A DNA stretch of 64,000 nucleotides, from positions 62,001 to 126,000 of the forward strand of contig JAXLNO010000680.1 of the NCBI GenBank assembly GCA_038087875.1, written 5' to 3'. Positions 1 to 12,576 of the stretch are shown one piece after another (position 1 is the stretch's first letter; each line of letters starts with the position of its first letter). Source of the DNA: Malacoraja senta. Taxonomy: Eukaryota. The notes under the pieces were generated by a model. The model made no database searches. It was not told where the DNA came from and saw nothing but the letters and a program-made list of their open reading frames with translations. A program made the position numbers and the translations under genes.

Positions 1-330
1 GAGTAGGCTGGCACTCTATTAGGTTGAGTAGGCCGAGACTCTATTAGGTTGAGCAGGCTGGGTCTCTATTCCATGGAGCGCAGGAGGATGAGGGGTGATC
101 TTATAGAGGTGTATAACATCATGAGAGGAATAGATCGGGTAGACGCACAATCCTTTACCCAGACTAGGGGAATCGAGGTCCCAGAGGACATAGGTGAAGG
201 GGGAAAGATTTCATAGGAATCTGAGGGGTAACTTTTTCACACGAAGGGAGGTGGGTGTATGGAACGAGCTGCCGGAGGAGGTAGTTGAGGCTGGGACTAT
301 CCCAACGTTTAAGAAACAGTTGGACAGGCA
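1..330 (+). mobile_element. CR1-clade LINE fragment (HER1-like subfamily)
   Basis: Encodes RNLRGNFFTRREVGVWNELPEEVVEAGTIPTFKKQLD. It continues at 606-720 after a Penelope insert. Confidence 0.85.
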
Positions 331-604
331 ATCCCAAAACGCTGGAGTAACTCAGCGGGACAGCCAGCATCTCTGGAGAGGAGGAATGGGCGGTGTTTCG
401 GGTCGATACCCTTCTTCACACTGGTGTCAGGGGAGAGGGAGATACGTAGATAAGGAAGCGTGAGGTGCGAAAACGGGACAAAGGGAGAATGCAGAAAAGA
501 TCATTGTTAGCTGACAACAAAGCAAACGGAGATAAAATGTGGTCGGAGACAGTTGGACTGGTCGGAGAACTGGGAAGGGATGGAGAAAGAGGGAAAGCAA
601 GGGC
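325..604 (-). mobile_element. Penelope-like 3' fragment inserted into a CR1 copy
   Basis: pLTR-type sequence interrupts CR1, which resumes at agacaggtacatggatagg (~606). Confidence 0.7.
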
Positions 605-1184
605 TAGACAGGTACATGGATAGGACAGGTTTGGAAGGACGTGGGCCAAACGCGGGCAGGTGGGACGGATAGATGGGGCATGCTGGCCGGCGTGGGCGAG
701 TCGGGCCAAGTGTGACTCGATGACTCGAGGAAAGGAGTCATTTTTCCAAGACTGTGGGCTTCCTTTGAGGATGGTGTTGTTTGGCAATCGGGATTAAGGC
801 TCCATTGTTCCAATGCTCTGCTCCGTCTATGAGCGATGTACAGGCGCAGAGGTGGCATTGGGGGTGTGTGGGGGGGGGAGGGACTTGCAAGGCCGTAAAA
901 GTCTCCCAAAGTGCATGCAAGCGCTCACGCTGACACAAGACGAGCACACGCATGCCAATACCCCAGGCAGATCAATACAGATCAATATTGAGAACAATAT
1001 ACTTGCTACGTTATCTGAAGAGCAGAGCAGTTTCAGCAACCTCTCCCCCCCCCACCCCCCCACCACGCCCCAACCACCAAGTCTCAGTTGGCAATGGCAG
1101 AGGATGAGAAAGTCCAAAATGACCCAGTCCCACCACAAAATCGTGTCTCCTCTCCCAGTATTTTCCACTAATGTTTGTTTCAAT

Positions 1185-1473
1185 TAGTTTAGAGATACAG
1201 CGCGGAAACAGGCCCTTCGTCCCACCGGGTCCGCGCCGACCAGCGATCCCCGCACACCAACTCTATCCTACACTCACTAGGGAAAATTTACATTTATACC
1301 AAGCCAATTATCCTACAAACCTGCACGTCTTTGGAGTGCGGGAGGAAACTGAAGATCCCGGAGAAAACCCACACAGGTCACGGGGAGGACGTGCAAACTC
1401 CGCACCCGTAGTCGGGATGGAACCCGGGTCTCTGGCGCTGTGAGGCAGCAGCTCTACCCGCTGCGCCACCGTG
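1185..1473 (-). mobile_element. HE1-like tRNA-derived V-SINE
   Basis: The minus strand has a tRNA-like head with A/B boxes (ggtggcgcagcgggtagag...gggttccatccc), a V-domain (ggtttcctcccgcactccaaagac) and a CR1-like tail ending (CTAAA)n. Confidence 0.85.
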
Positions 1474-1807
1474 ACGCTCATTAACCTGCCTCTTCCCTAT
1501 TCCAGTTAGTTTTTTTCCACTCCCCACTCTACACTCAGTTTGAAGGAGGGTCACCTGTCCTTGTTCTCCAGAGATGCTGCCTGACCCGCTGAGTTACTCC
1601 AGCACTCTGTGTCCTTTCGGCTGTGCGGGTCATTCAGTTGTGAAAGTGACCTGTCCATTGTAGCAGCACAAGGAATGAAGAAGGCCATTCTGCCCCTCTA
1701 TGCCTGAACTATCCCAAAATAACTTGTGGCTCAGGAGACCTGGTCAGGGGGAGCTCGGTTTCTCTGAGCGTGGGATCCACAGCAAACCATTTGGTGAGAG
1801 GAGGAAG

Positions 1808-2281
1808 CACTCGCCGAACACCTCCGCTCAGTCCGCCTAAACCTACCTGATCTCCCGGTTGCCAAACACTTTAACTCCCCCTCCCATTCCCACACTGACC
1901 TTTCTGTCCTGGGCCTCCTCCACTGTCAGAGTGAGGCCCAGCGCTAATTGGAGGAACAGCACCTCATATTTCGCTTGGGCAGCTTACACCCCAGCGGTAT
2001 GAACATTGACCTCTCTAACTTCAAGTAGCCCTCTCACTCCATCCCTCCCCCATCCAAGTCATATCAGCTTCAAAGTCGTCTTGTTGAGTCTCATTGTCTA
2101 TAACTCATTTTCACCTAGCACACAGCGAACAATTTAATGTTTCCTTTATCATCGTCACTTTTTCCGCATGTCTTTCATTCATTTGTTTCTATATCTCTCT
2201 CCATCACCGTCTCGATCTCTCAGTCTGTAAGAAGGGTCTCGACCCAAAACGGCACCTTGTTCCTTAATCTCCAGAGATGCT
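1808..2281 (+). mobile_element. Penelope-like element 3' fragment
   Basis: Contains GIY-YIG C-terminal coding sequence (aattggaggaacagcacctcatatttcgcttgggcagcttacaccccagcggtatgaac) and the pLTR motif near 2225. Confidence 0.85.
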
Positions 2282-2845
2282 GGCTACAATCGGCACCAGG
2301 TTCAGGTTGGACCCAACTGAGTGAACTGAAAGGTTTCCCATGAACGGCGAGGGAGAGATCTCACCGGAGCCAGTTCAGAGAGCTTTTTTTTTTTTTCAAA
2401 AAGAAGGGAAAATGGTTAATTGAATTTGGCAAGTGGCCAGGCGCGAAGAACCACCTCTCAAAACTGCTCTGGTCTTTGGACATTCGCCCATTCCGCACAA
2501 GTCATCATTTACAAGACAATAATCCTTAGCAATCCTCATGAGAAATGGAAAGACATTAACCCTTTGAGGCCTTTTGCAATCGCGAGACAGCGTGATCTGT
2601 GCACAAGGCATAGCCAGGGCCAGCCATGCTGTGGTGGGGCCTTCGGACAATTTCTCGTGCAGTTCGGCAGCCTTGTGAATGGGGGGGGCAGCCAATTTGC
2701 AAGCTCTGGGTTGACGCTTCACTGAGCCAGTGTCGAGCCGGCCCTCCCGCCTATCTGGACCCACCCTGTCCAACCACAATACAGGAAAGATGTTGTCACA
2801 CTTGGAGAGAGTGCAGAGAAGATTTACCAGGATGTTGCCAGGACT

Positions 2846-3520
2846 GAATGTAAGCATGCAGGTCCAGCAGGCAGTGAAGACAGCTAACTGAAGTTGGCCT
2901 TCATAGCGAGAGGATTTGAGTGTAGGAGCAGGGAGGTCCTACTGCAGTTGTACAGGGCCCTGGTGAGACCGAACCTGGAGTATGGTGCGCAGTTTTGGTC
3001 TCCTAATTTGAGGAAGGACTTTCATGCTATTGAGGGAGTGCAGTGTAGGCTCACCAGGTTAATTCCCGGGATGGCAGGACTGACGTATGATGAAAGAATG
3101 GGTCGACTGGGCTTGTATTCACTGGAATTTAGAAGGATGAGAGGGTATCTTATAGAAACATATAAAATTCCACAGGGATAGGACAGGCTAGATGTTCCCT
3201 ATGTTGGGGGAGTCCAGAACCAGGGGTCACACAGTTTAAGAATAAGGGGTGGGCCATTTAGGACTGAGATGAGGAAAAACTTTTTCACCCAGAGAGTTGT
3301 GAATCTGTGGAATTTTCTGCCACACAAGGCAGTGGAGGCCAATTCACTGGATGTTTTCAAGAGAGAGTTAGATTTAGCTCTTAGGGCTAACGGAATCAAG
3401 GGATATGGGGAGAAAGCAGGAACGGGGAACTGATTGGGGATGATCAGCCATGATCATATTGAATGGTGGTGATGGCTTGAAGGGCCGAATGGCCTACTCC
3501 TGCACCTATTGTCTCTATGA
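2846..3520 (+). mobile_element. CR1-clade LINE 3' fragment
   Basis: Encodes LLQLYRALVRPNLEYGAQFWSP...LGLYSLEFRRMRG...FFTQRVVNLWN, followed by a CR1 3' UTR. Confidence 0.9.
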
Positions 3521-3679
3521 CTTGTGGGCCGAAGCTCTGAGGAGCGGTTGAGCAGGCAGGCTGGTCTAATTCTGCTTCCTGTCACTTATGACCGTGTTTA
3601 TTGAGAGGAATACTTCACATGGCAATCTGTCTCTCTTTATAAATGTCAGGTCAACTCATGTTGGAGTTCCAAATTGATT

Positions 3680-4110
3680 TGATTAGGCTGGGACTCGATT
3701 AGGTTGAGTAGGCCGGGACTCTAATAGGTTGAGTACGTTGCCACTCTATTCCTTGGAGCGCAGGAGGATGAGGGATGATCTTATACAATCATGAGAGGAA
3801 TAGATCGGGTAGATGCCCAGAGTAGGGGAATCGAGGACCAGAGGACACAGGTTCAAGGTGAAGGGGAAAAGATTTAATAGGAATCTGAGGGGTAACTTTT
3901 TCACACAGAGGGTGGTGGGTGTATGGAACAAGCTGCCAGAGGAGGTAGGTGAGGCTGGGACTATCCCAACGTTTAAGAAACAGTTGGACAGGTACATGGA
4001 TAGGACAGGTTTGGAGGGATATGAACCAAACACGGGCAGGTGGGACTAGTGTAGATGGGGCATGTTGGCCGGTGTGGACAAGTGGGGCCGAAGGGACTGT
4101 TACCACGCTG
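3680..4110 (+). mobile_element. CR1-clade LINE 3' fragment
   Basis: ORF 3813-4049 has TRGHRFK...FFTQRVVGVWNKLP. Confidence 0.85.
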
Positions 4111-7100
4111 CGTCACTCTAGTTCATGGCAAGACCCTCAACAGCATTGATGTACAGGGGGATCTTGGATTCCAAGTGCACAGCTCCTGAGGTGGAAACGC
4201 AGGTGGATATAGGGGTAAAGAAGGCGCGTGGAATGCCCGCATTCATCTGTCGGGATATTGGGTATTAGAGGCAGGAAGCCATGTTTTCAGCTTCATAGGT
4301 TAGGCCAAAAGAAGGGCCCGTTTCTGTGCCAGAACACTCTATGACAGTGGAGCCCAGTTCAATGGAGAAGAATTGAAAGCTTCAGGCTCATAAGAACCCC
4401 AGCAATTTCCCTCGAGACATCAACCAGCCCACACCTTGTTCTGATGTTATTCACGTATAACTCCACCCTCCTGCTGCACCCCGTCAAAACATGGTGAAGG
4501 GCCTCGACCCGAAACGCCACCCGTTCCTTCTCTGCAGAGATGCTGCCCGTCCCGCTGAGGGACGCCACCATTTTGTGTCTCTCTCTTTGGTGAGTTGACG
4601 CACGCCAATAGGCCGACAGTCCTCAAAGGGTTAATAGTCAAAATATACACGCACGCACGCACGCATGACATTAAAAGTGTTTTACCGAAGAGCAGATTCT
4701 GCAATTCATCTTTTTTCTCAGTGGTCCCAGAATGGGTGGTGGGGAAATGGGTGGGGGTGGAGGGATTCGGTGGGATAAGGGAGGGGCAATGGGCAGAGGG
4801 GGGACCTTCTCAAGATACGTGGTACCATCACAGGCACCCCTGTGTGGAGGGGGCCAAAACATTCTCCATCCCAACCGGTATTCCCCCGCCAACCATAATG
4901 TACGAACAAAGACTTTAAAGGTAGATGGCCTTCAGCCGGGAAAGTGCTCCTTTTGAGTAAAGAGTCCAGAACCAGGGGCCACAGTTTAAGAATAAGGGGT
5001 AAGCCATTTAGAACGGAGACGAGGAAACACTTTTTCCTCACAGAGAGTTGTGAGTCTGTGGAATTCTCTGCCTCAGAGGGCGGTGGAGGCAGTTTCTCTG
5101 GATGCTTTCAAGAGAGAGCTAGATAGGGCTCTTAAAGATAGCGGTGTCAGGGGATATGGGGAGAAGGTAGGAACGGGGTACTGATTGGGGATGATCAGCC
5201 ATGATCACATTGAATGGCAGTGCTGGCTCAAAGGGCGGAATGGCCTTCTCCTGCACCTACTGTCTATTGTCTAAATAGTGGACACAATGGGACCTCTTTT
5301 GTCTAGCTTACAAACTAGATGGGCCAGGGACAAGGGAGATGCTTAGCTTAGTTTAGTTCAGAGATACAGTGCGGAAGCGGGCCCTTCGGCCCTTCGAGTC
5401 CGTGCTGACCAGCGGTCCCCGCATGTTAACTCAATCCGACACTCACTAGGGACTACTTTTTAACATTTTTACACCAAGCCGATTAGCCTGTACGTCTTTG
5501 GAGTGTGGGTGGAGACCGAAGGTGTCGGAGAAAACCCGCGCAGGCCACGGGGCTGATGGTACCAATTCCATACAGACAAGCACCCGTGGTCGGGATGGAA
5601 CCCGTGTCTCTGGCCCTGTGCCGCTGTACGGCAGCAACCCTACTGCTGGGCCACCGTGCCGCCCTTGTTAGCGAGCTGGGGAACAAGGTGGACATCGGTG
5701 GGACAGGGCCCACCAAGGCATTTACTTGAGAAGGGGACAAGAGGTGCCGGGGAACATCCGTGGCTTCAAGGCAACCGGTCTCTCTCTTGACGGAGGAGCG
5801 GGGAAGGGGGAAGGGGGCAGACGCCGCCGCCTCCGAGGGGCGGGATCACCCTGGCCGCTCCTGTTCCCGACTCCGGTGAGCTCGGAGGTGAGGGAGGGAG
5901 GGAGGGAGGGATGGACAACTGTAGAGGAAGAGAGAGAAGGATGGAAGGAAGGGCGATCAGTACCGGTGTCAGGGGTCACGGGGAGAAGGCAAGAGAATGG
6001 GGGGGGGGGGGGCTGGGAGGGAGAGATAAGATCGGCCTGGCTCGAATGGCGGAGTGGACCTGACGGGCCGAACGGCCTGACCCAGCCCCCCGCGACCTAT
6101 GAACTTCGGAAGGAGAGAGGAGGGGCAGAAGAACAAAAAGACCATCATAGCCGAGAGGGGGAAAGGAGAGACGGGGGAGAAAGTGGAAGGGTCATGGCTG
6201 GCTGGGAACATAAGAGAAAAGAAGGAATGATCTGGTCCCAATGAAGGGAACCAAGCCATGCCGGTGAATACGGATAAATCGGCCGCCCCACTCACACTCG
6301 CGGGGTTAAAGAGAGGGGGGGGAGGGGGGGAGAGGGGGTGATCCCACCATCCCGTCGACCACCACCATTTCCCACCACATCTTCAGCATAGTTCACCCCT
6401 CCAATGGCAGCCGGTTGGGCACTTCCCAGATAAAGCACGTTTAAACCGAGATGGAGGTGAAATGGATTTCATCACTGAATTTCCTTTTTTTTAATTTTAA
6501 AAAAAAGTTAAACGGCAGCGGAGGCTGGTCCGGTATCAGACCCATCGATCTCACGTAACCACTGGTTACCACGGATGCCTGCAAGCCCATCGGTTCATGT
6601 GGGGACCCCCCCCCCCACCACCCACCACCCACCCACCACTTCCCAAACCAGCTTCCAAATCTCCGGAAGTCTTCCAAATCAATGGCTTCCATTGTGACGT
6701 GTGTGTGTGTGTCCCCCCACCCCCCCATCTCAACAATATTCCCGATTCAGTCCCTGCTTCTACCCCGCGGCCCATGTTTCTGATCCAGTGACAAGCTACC
6801 GTTCCCCCCCCAGTCCCAAATCAGTTGCTACCGTTCCCCCCCCCCCCCACCACCAACATTCCTGCTTCCTTGCTACTGTCCCAGTGCATCTTCCAGATAC
6901 ATATGAAATTCCCAAGGGATTGGACAGGAAAAATGTTCCCATGTTGGGGGGGGTGGGAGTCCAGAACCAGGGGTCACACAGTTTAAGAATAAGGGGTCGG
7001 ACATTTAGGACTGAGATGAGGAAATATTTTTCCACCCAGAGAGTTGTGAATCTGTGGAATTCACTGGATGTTTTCAAGAGAGAGTTAGATTTAGCTCTTG

Positions 7101-7454
7101 GGGCTAACGGAATCAAGGGATATGGGGAGAAAGCAGGATCGGGGTACTGATTTGGGGATGATCAGCCGTGATCATATTGAATGGCGGTGCTGGCTCGAAG
7201 GGCCGAATGGCCTGCCCCTGCACCTATTGTCTATGTGTCTGTGTTTCCAGTTCCCGTCCACCCGATCCAGCCCGTAAACCCATTCTCCTGCCACCCACCC
7301 CCACCCCATTCCCCGCTAATCCCGTCCTAACTGGCTGCTGCCCTTCCCCCAATGCCATTGTCCATCCTGAAATCACTGGTCTGAAGAAGGGTCCCGACCC
7401 GGAATATCCTCGTGAATCTTCTCTGCACCCGTCCCAGCTTGATGGGTGGGCAGA

Positions 7455-7920
7455 GGACGAGGATGTTGCCGGGACTAGAGGGTGTGAGCTAGAGGGAGAG
7501 GTTGAGTAGGCTGGGTCTCTATTCCTTGGCGCGCAGGAGGATGAGGGGTGATCTTACAGAGGTGTATAAAATCATGAGAGGAATAGACCGGGTAGACGCA
7601 CAGAGTCTCTTGCCCAGAGTAGGGGAATCGAGGACCAGAGGACACAGGTTCAAGGTGAAGGGGAAAAGATTTAATAGGAATCTGAAGGGTGACTTTTCCA
7701 CACAAAGGGTGGTGGGTGTATGGAACAAGCTGCCAGAGAAGGTAGTTGAGGCTGGGACTATCTCAAAGTTTAAGAAACAGTTAGACAGGTACATGGATGG
7801 GACAGGCTTGGAGGGATATGGACCAAGCGCAGGCAGGTGGGACTAGTGTAGCTGGGACATGTTGGCCGGTGTGGGCGAGTTGGGCCGAAGGGCCTGTTTC
7901 CACACTGTGTCACTACGACT
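7455..7920 (+). mobile_element. CR1-clade LINE 3' fragment (tail shared with the HE1-like SINE)
   Basis: ORF 7502-7846. The tail gggccgaagggcctgtttcc is also the SINE tail. Confidence 0.88.
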
Positions 7921-8289
7921 CTAAGAAGGGTCCCGACCCGGAACGTCACCTATCCCACTTTCCTTGGTAAACCGGCACCTGCAGTTCCTAGTTCCTAAAC
8001 CTCCCACCCTTTGGCCGCTCACTGGCTAACTAAAACATGGGAGCGACTCTCAGGGATGAGGGAGTTTGCCTGGCTCTGGTCTTTGAGGAACAAATGAACT
8101 GCAGGTAAAATTAGCTCAGTAGAACTAACTCTCAGGAATGCGCGGACAAGTGCATTCTGTCACATCCCCAATGGTTAAGATAGGTGCGGAGGGGGGGGGG
8201 GGGGGATAGGAAAAATATAATCTGAATCCTAATTCCTCCTCACTGCCAATGCAGGAAGGAGGCAAAAGCAATGCATATATTTCCACACA

Positions 8290-9240
8290 AAAACAGGGAT
8301 GTAACGCTGAGGCTCTATAAGGCGCTGGTCAGGTCACATTTGGAATATTGTGAGCAATTTTGGGCCCCATATCTGAGGAAGGATGTGCTGGCTCTGGAGA
8401 GGGTCCAGAGGAGGTTTACGAGAATGATCCCCTGGAATGAGTGGGTTAACCTATGATGAGCTTTTGTCGGCACTGGGCCTGTACTCGCTGGAGTTTAGAA
8501 GAATGGTGGGGGTGGGGACCTCATTGAAACAGGGTTTTCAGGGTTTGGACGCGCTAGAGGCAGGAAACATGTTCCCGATGTTGGGGGAGTCCAGATCCAG
8601 GGGCCACAGTTTAAGATTAAGGGGTAAGTCATTTAGAACGGAGACGAGGAAACACTTTTTCTCACAGAGAGAGTTGTGAGTCTGTGGAATTCTCTGCCTC
8701 AGAGGGCGTTGGAGGCAGGTTCTCTGGATGCTTTGAAGAGAGAGCAAGATAGGGCTCTTAAAGATAGCAGAATCAGGGGATATGGGGAGAAGACAGGAAC
8801 GGGGTACTGATTGGGGATGATCAGCCATAATCACATTGAATGGCGGTGCTGGCTCGAAGGGCCAAATGGCCTACTCCTGCGCCTATTGTCTATTGTCCAC
8901 AAGATGTCGATGAACTGCGTTACGAAGGTGTTGCCTGGTCCGTAGACCACCCAATCTTTGACCATCCTAAACCCCCAAGAATCGCTCATAGCTTCTGTAG
9001 AGTTTTTCACCCAGAGAGTTGTGAATCTGTGGAATTCTCTGCCACAGAAGGCAGTGGAGGCCAATTCACTGGATGTTTTCAAGAGAGAGTTAGATTTAGC
9101 TCTTAGGGCTAACGGAATCAAGGGATATGGGGAGAAAGCAGGAACGGGGTACTGATTCTGGATGGTCAGCCATGATCATATTGAATGGCGGTGCTGGCTC
9201 AAAGGGCCGAATGGCCTACTCCTGCGCCTTTTTTCTATGA
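8290..9240 (+). mobile_element. Two adjacent CR1-clade 3' fragments
   Basis: Encodes LYKALVRSHLEYCEQFWAP.... Two CR1 3' UTRs end near 8895 and 9240. Confidence 0.85.
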
Positions 9241-9634
9241 AACGTCACCCATTCCCTCTCTCCAGAGATGCTGCCTGTCAGTGAATTGCTCCAGCACTTT
9301 GTGTCTATCTTCATTTCTCAACCCCAACCTCTGTCCCTGGGTCAAACCCTCAACCACTGTCCAGCCCCACCTTTTCCCCATCGCCTAACGAGTCGGGGGG
9401 GGGGGGGTAAAAGCCATTTTGTCTTCCAACGTTCTCCTCGTCTCTGGGCACCAACCCACCTTGCCCACTTGGGAGGTCAACTGGGGCCGGGACGACTGCA
9501 CCGGCGGGTGCGATGACGGGTAGCCTCCGCTGCGTTTCAATGGTCATAAGCGTAACACATCAACGTCAGATACAAACCCTGTGTTAATGGAGTGTCGGTA
9601 GCAGTGAGAGTGGCGGTCACGTACACCAACCTAC

Positions 9635-9779
9635 CAATTGCATCCTTGAGGTATTTTTGACCGATCAACTTTAAGTACTCTTCGATCGCCTTGGTGGCCA
9701 GCGTATTCTCGCGGAATATTAAGTGCTCACGGTCTACAAAGCGGTCGACTTCCGTCATGGCCATGTCCGAGAGGAAGTC
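9635..9779 (-). CDS. syngap1: Internal coding exon of a RasGAP-domain gene, most like SynGAP1 (equivalent of mammalian exon 9)
   Basis: The minus strand reads polypyrimidine tract ...ctctccgccAG|GAC TTC CTC TCG GAC ATG ... GAT GCA ATT G|GTAGGT. It is 145 nt, phase 0 to phase 1, encoding [48 protein letters not shown](G). FRENTLATK is the RasGAP arginine-finger region. From memory, DMAM, EVDRF and [11 protein letters not shown] match SynGAP1 better than DAB2IP or RASAL2. Confidence 0.88.
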
Positions 9780-9944
9780 CTGGCGGAGAGACAGAGAGAA
9801 AGGTGGCAGAGGTCAAGTCCATTTGCATGGGCATTCCCACGGCAACAGCCGGTGGCCATTTTGTACCAACATGTCCACCTTGCATTCGGTTCCGGGCACC
9901 GGGTTGCGAGAAAGATGTTGTCAATCTGGAAAGGGCGCGGAGAT

Positions 9945-10410
9945 GATTTACGAGGATGACTGGACTAGAGGGTGTCAGCTACACGGAGAGGTTGAGCTGG
10001 CTGGGACTCTTGTTCCCTGGAGCGCAGGAGGATGAGGGGAGATCTTATAGAGTTGTATAAAATCATGAGAGGAATAGATCGGGTGGACGCACAGTGTCTC
10101 TTGCCTAGAGTAGGGGAATCGAGGACCAGAGGACATAGGTTCAGAGTGATGGGGAAAAGATTTAACAGGCATCTGAGGGGTACGTTTTTCACACAAAGGG
10201 TGGTGGGTGTATGGAACGAGCTGCCAGAGGAGGTAGTTGAGGCTGGGACTATCCCAGCATTTAAGAAACAGTTAGTTAGGTACATGGATAGGACAGGTTT
10301 GGAGGGATATGGACCAAACGCAGGCAGGTGGGACTAGTGTAGCTGGGACATGTTGGCCGGTGTTGGCAAGTTGGGCTGAAGGGCCTGTTTCCGCGCTGTG
10401 TCACAATGAC
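9945..10410 (+). mobile_element. CR1-clade LINE 3' fragment
   Basis: ORF 10032-10337. Confidence 0.88.
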
Positions 10411-10439
10411 TCTCACTGAAAGAGCTCTTTGATCAGCCA

Positions 10440-10790
10440 ATTTCAGTTCAGTTCATTGTCACGTGTACTGAGGTACAGTGAAAAGCTTCTGTTTCGGGTT
10501 AACCAGTCAACAGAAAGACAATATATGATTACAATCAAACCATTTCCAGTGTACACATACATGATAAGGGAATAACATTTAGTGCAAGGTAAAGCCAGCA
10601 AAGTCCGATCAAGGATAGTCTGAGGGTCTCCAATGAGGTAGATAGTAGTTCAGGACCGCTCTCTGGTTGTGGTAGGATGGTTCAGTTGCCTGATAACAGC
10701 TGGGAAGAATCTGCCCCTGAATCTGGAGGTGTGCGTTTTCACACTTCTATACCTCTTGCCCAATGGGAGAGGGGAGAAGAGGGAATGGCC
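10440..10790 (-). mobile_element. Rex1/Babar-like LINE 3' fragment
   Basis: Same ORF end and 3' UTR as 37240-37810, with a (CTGAA)n tail. Shorter tails of this family occur near 11310, 13335, 19425, 46540, 55100, 59695 and 60605. Confidence 0.72.
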
Positions 10791-10817
10791 AAGTCTCTCT
10801 CTCCTTTGCCCACACCT

Positions 10818-11122
10818 TTAGTTTAGTTTAGTTTAGAGATACAGCGCGGAAGCAGGCCCTTCGGCTCACCGAGTCCGCGCTGACCAGCGATCCCCGCACA
10901 CTAACACACACTCGGGACAATTTCCATTTACACCAAGCCAATTAACCTACAAACCTGCACGTCTTTGGAGTGTGGGAGGAAACCGAAGATCTCGGAGAAA
11001 ACCCACGCAGGTCACGGGGAGAAGGTACAAACTCCGTACAGACAGCACCCGTAGTCTGGATCGAACCCGGGTCTCCGGCGCTGTGAGGAGGCAACTCTAC
11101 CGCTGCTCCGCCGTGCCGCCCC
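10818..11122 (-). mobile_element. HE1-like V-SINE
   Basis: Same head, V-domain and tail structure. Confidence 0.85.
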
Positions 11123-11498
11123 GCGGTTTTTATTCACAGTGTGATAGAGGCTTTCTACTCCCTCCAGTTATTCCATGAAAGCTATTGCAGAATCCACCGC
11201 CATTTGGTGTCCCTGAGAATGACTCCTCCTTGATGGCTTTTTGCCCAATTATCCGACATTTACTGAATCAAATCAATGCATCATTTTGGGGGAGTTTTTG
11301 AGTTTGAGTTTAGTTCAGTTTATTGTCACGTGCACCGAGGTACAGTGAAAATATTTTGTTGCGGTGCTAAGACAATACATGATTACAATCGAGCTGTGTA
11401 AAAGTGCCACTTGGGTCACGGGGTGAATGTACAAACTCTGTACAGACAGCACCCGTAGTCTGGATCGAACACGGGTCTCTGGCGCTGTGAGGCAGTAG

Positions 11499-12273
11499 AG
11501 GGCCTGTCCCACTTGGGCACCATTTGCGCTTCATTTGCGCGTCACGAGGCGCGTGTCGTGACGCGCACGTGATGCGCGCATGGTGCGTGGTGAGGTAGGC
11601 AGTGACGCGCTGCGCCCCAGGATTTCGGGATGTACAAAATCTTCGCGCGCCACCTGCGTGATGCGCAAATCACTATAATGCGCATTTCACTATAATAACT
11701 GGCACTGGCCATTTCAATAACTGGCACTGACCACTTCAATAACTGGCACTGGCCACTTCAATAACTGGCACTGGCCACTTCAATAACTGGCACTGGCCAC
11801 TTCAATAACTGGCACTGGCCACTTCAATAACTGGCACTGGCCACTTCAATAACTGGCACTGGCCACTTCAATAACTGGCACTGGCCACTTCAATAACTGG
11901 CACTGGCCACTTCAATAACTGGCACTGGCCACTTCAATAACTGGCACTGGCCACTTCAATAACTGGCACTGGCCACTTCAATAACTGGCACTGGCCACTC
12001 AAATCAGCCACCCCGGACATGTTTATGATTGGTCTTACTGTATTTTAACGTTGTTTGTATCTATTTTAACTTATACTGTTCCATCAGGGACTGGATTGTT
12101 TTAGTGTTGTTATTATTATTATTATGTGTGAAATGTTTTAAACGTCATGTGCGATGCTCCGGTATTCCCTGGGAAACGTCTTTTCATTTTGCACTGTACA
12201 ACTGTTGCTTGCAAGATGACAATAAAGGAATTGAATTGAATTGAATTGAAATGCCGCCCGTGGGACAGGCCCT
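11499..12273. mobile_element. Harbinger-like MITE containing a nested LINE-type 3' end
   Basis: TIR agggcctgtcccac/gtgggacaggccct with flanks TAG/TAA. It is inserted in a SINE head. Confidence 0.75.
11694..12000. repeat. Minisatellite, 22-bp unit ATAACTGGCACTGGCCACTTCA, about 14 copies
   Basis: Near-perfect head-to-tail copies with no spacers. Confidence 0.97.
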
Positions 12274-12576
12274 TAACTCTACCCCTGCACCACCGTGTCA
12301 TCCTATTTATTATAACTCTTTACCTCTCTAAACAACTCTTTAATATAACCTTTAGACTTGTAGACTTTAAGAGATGCAGCATGGAAACAGTGAAGGGTCT
12401 GAGGAAGGGTCTCGACCCGAAACGTCACCTCTCTCCAGAGATGCTGCCTGACCCGCTGAGTTACTCCAGCTTTTTGTGTCTATCTTCGGGAGAGGAGTTC
12501 AGTTCGTACCCAGGTCCAGTGAAAAGCTTTTGTTGCATGCTGACCAGTCAGCGGAAAGACAATGCATGATGCAAGG

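Noticed and set aside
1400..1473. tRNA genes (here and at other SINE heads)
   Set aside because: The tRNA-like heads are fused to a V-domain and LINE tail, so they are SINEs.
5726..6244. 172-aa G/E/R-rich ORF
   Set aside because: Explained by purine-rich low-complexity composition.
6383..6478. Possible C/D-box snoRNA on the minus strand (GTGATGA ... CTGA)
   Set aside because: There is no terminal stem or recognisable guide sequence, and such short boxes occur by chance.
9537..9764. Stand-alone 75-aa protein
   Set aside because: Homology starts before the Met and stops at a GT donor. It is an internal exon read into the intron.
11694..12000. CRISPR-like array
   Set aside because: The units are head-to-tail with no unique spacers, there are no cas genes, and the context is eukaryotic.
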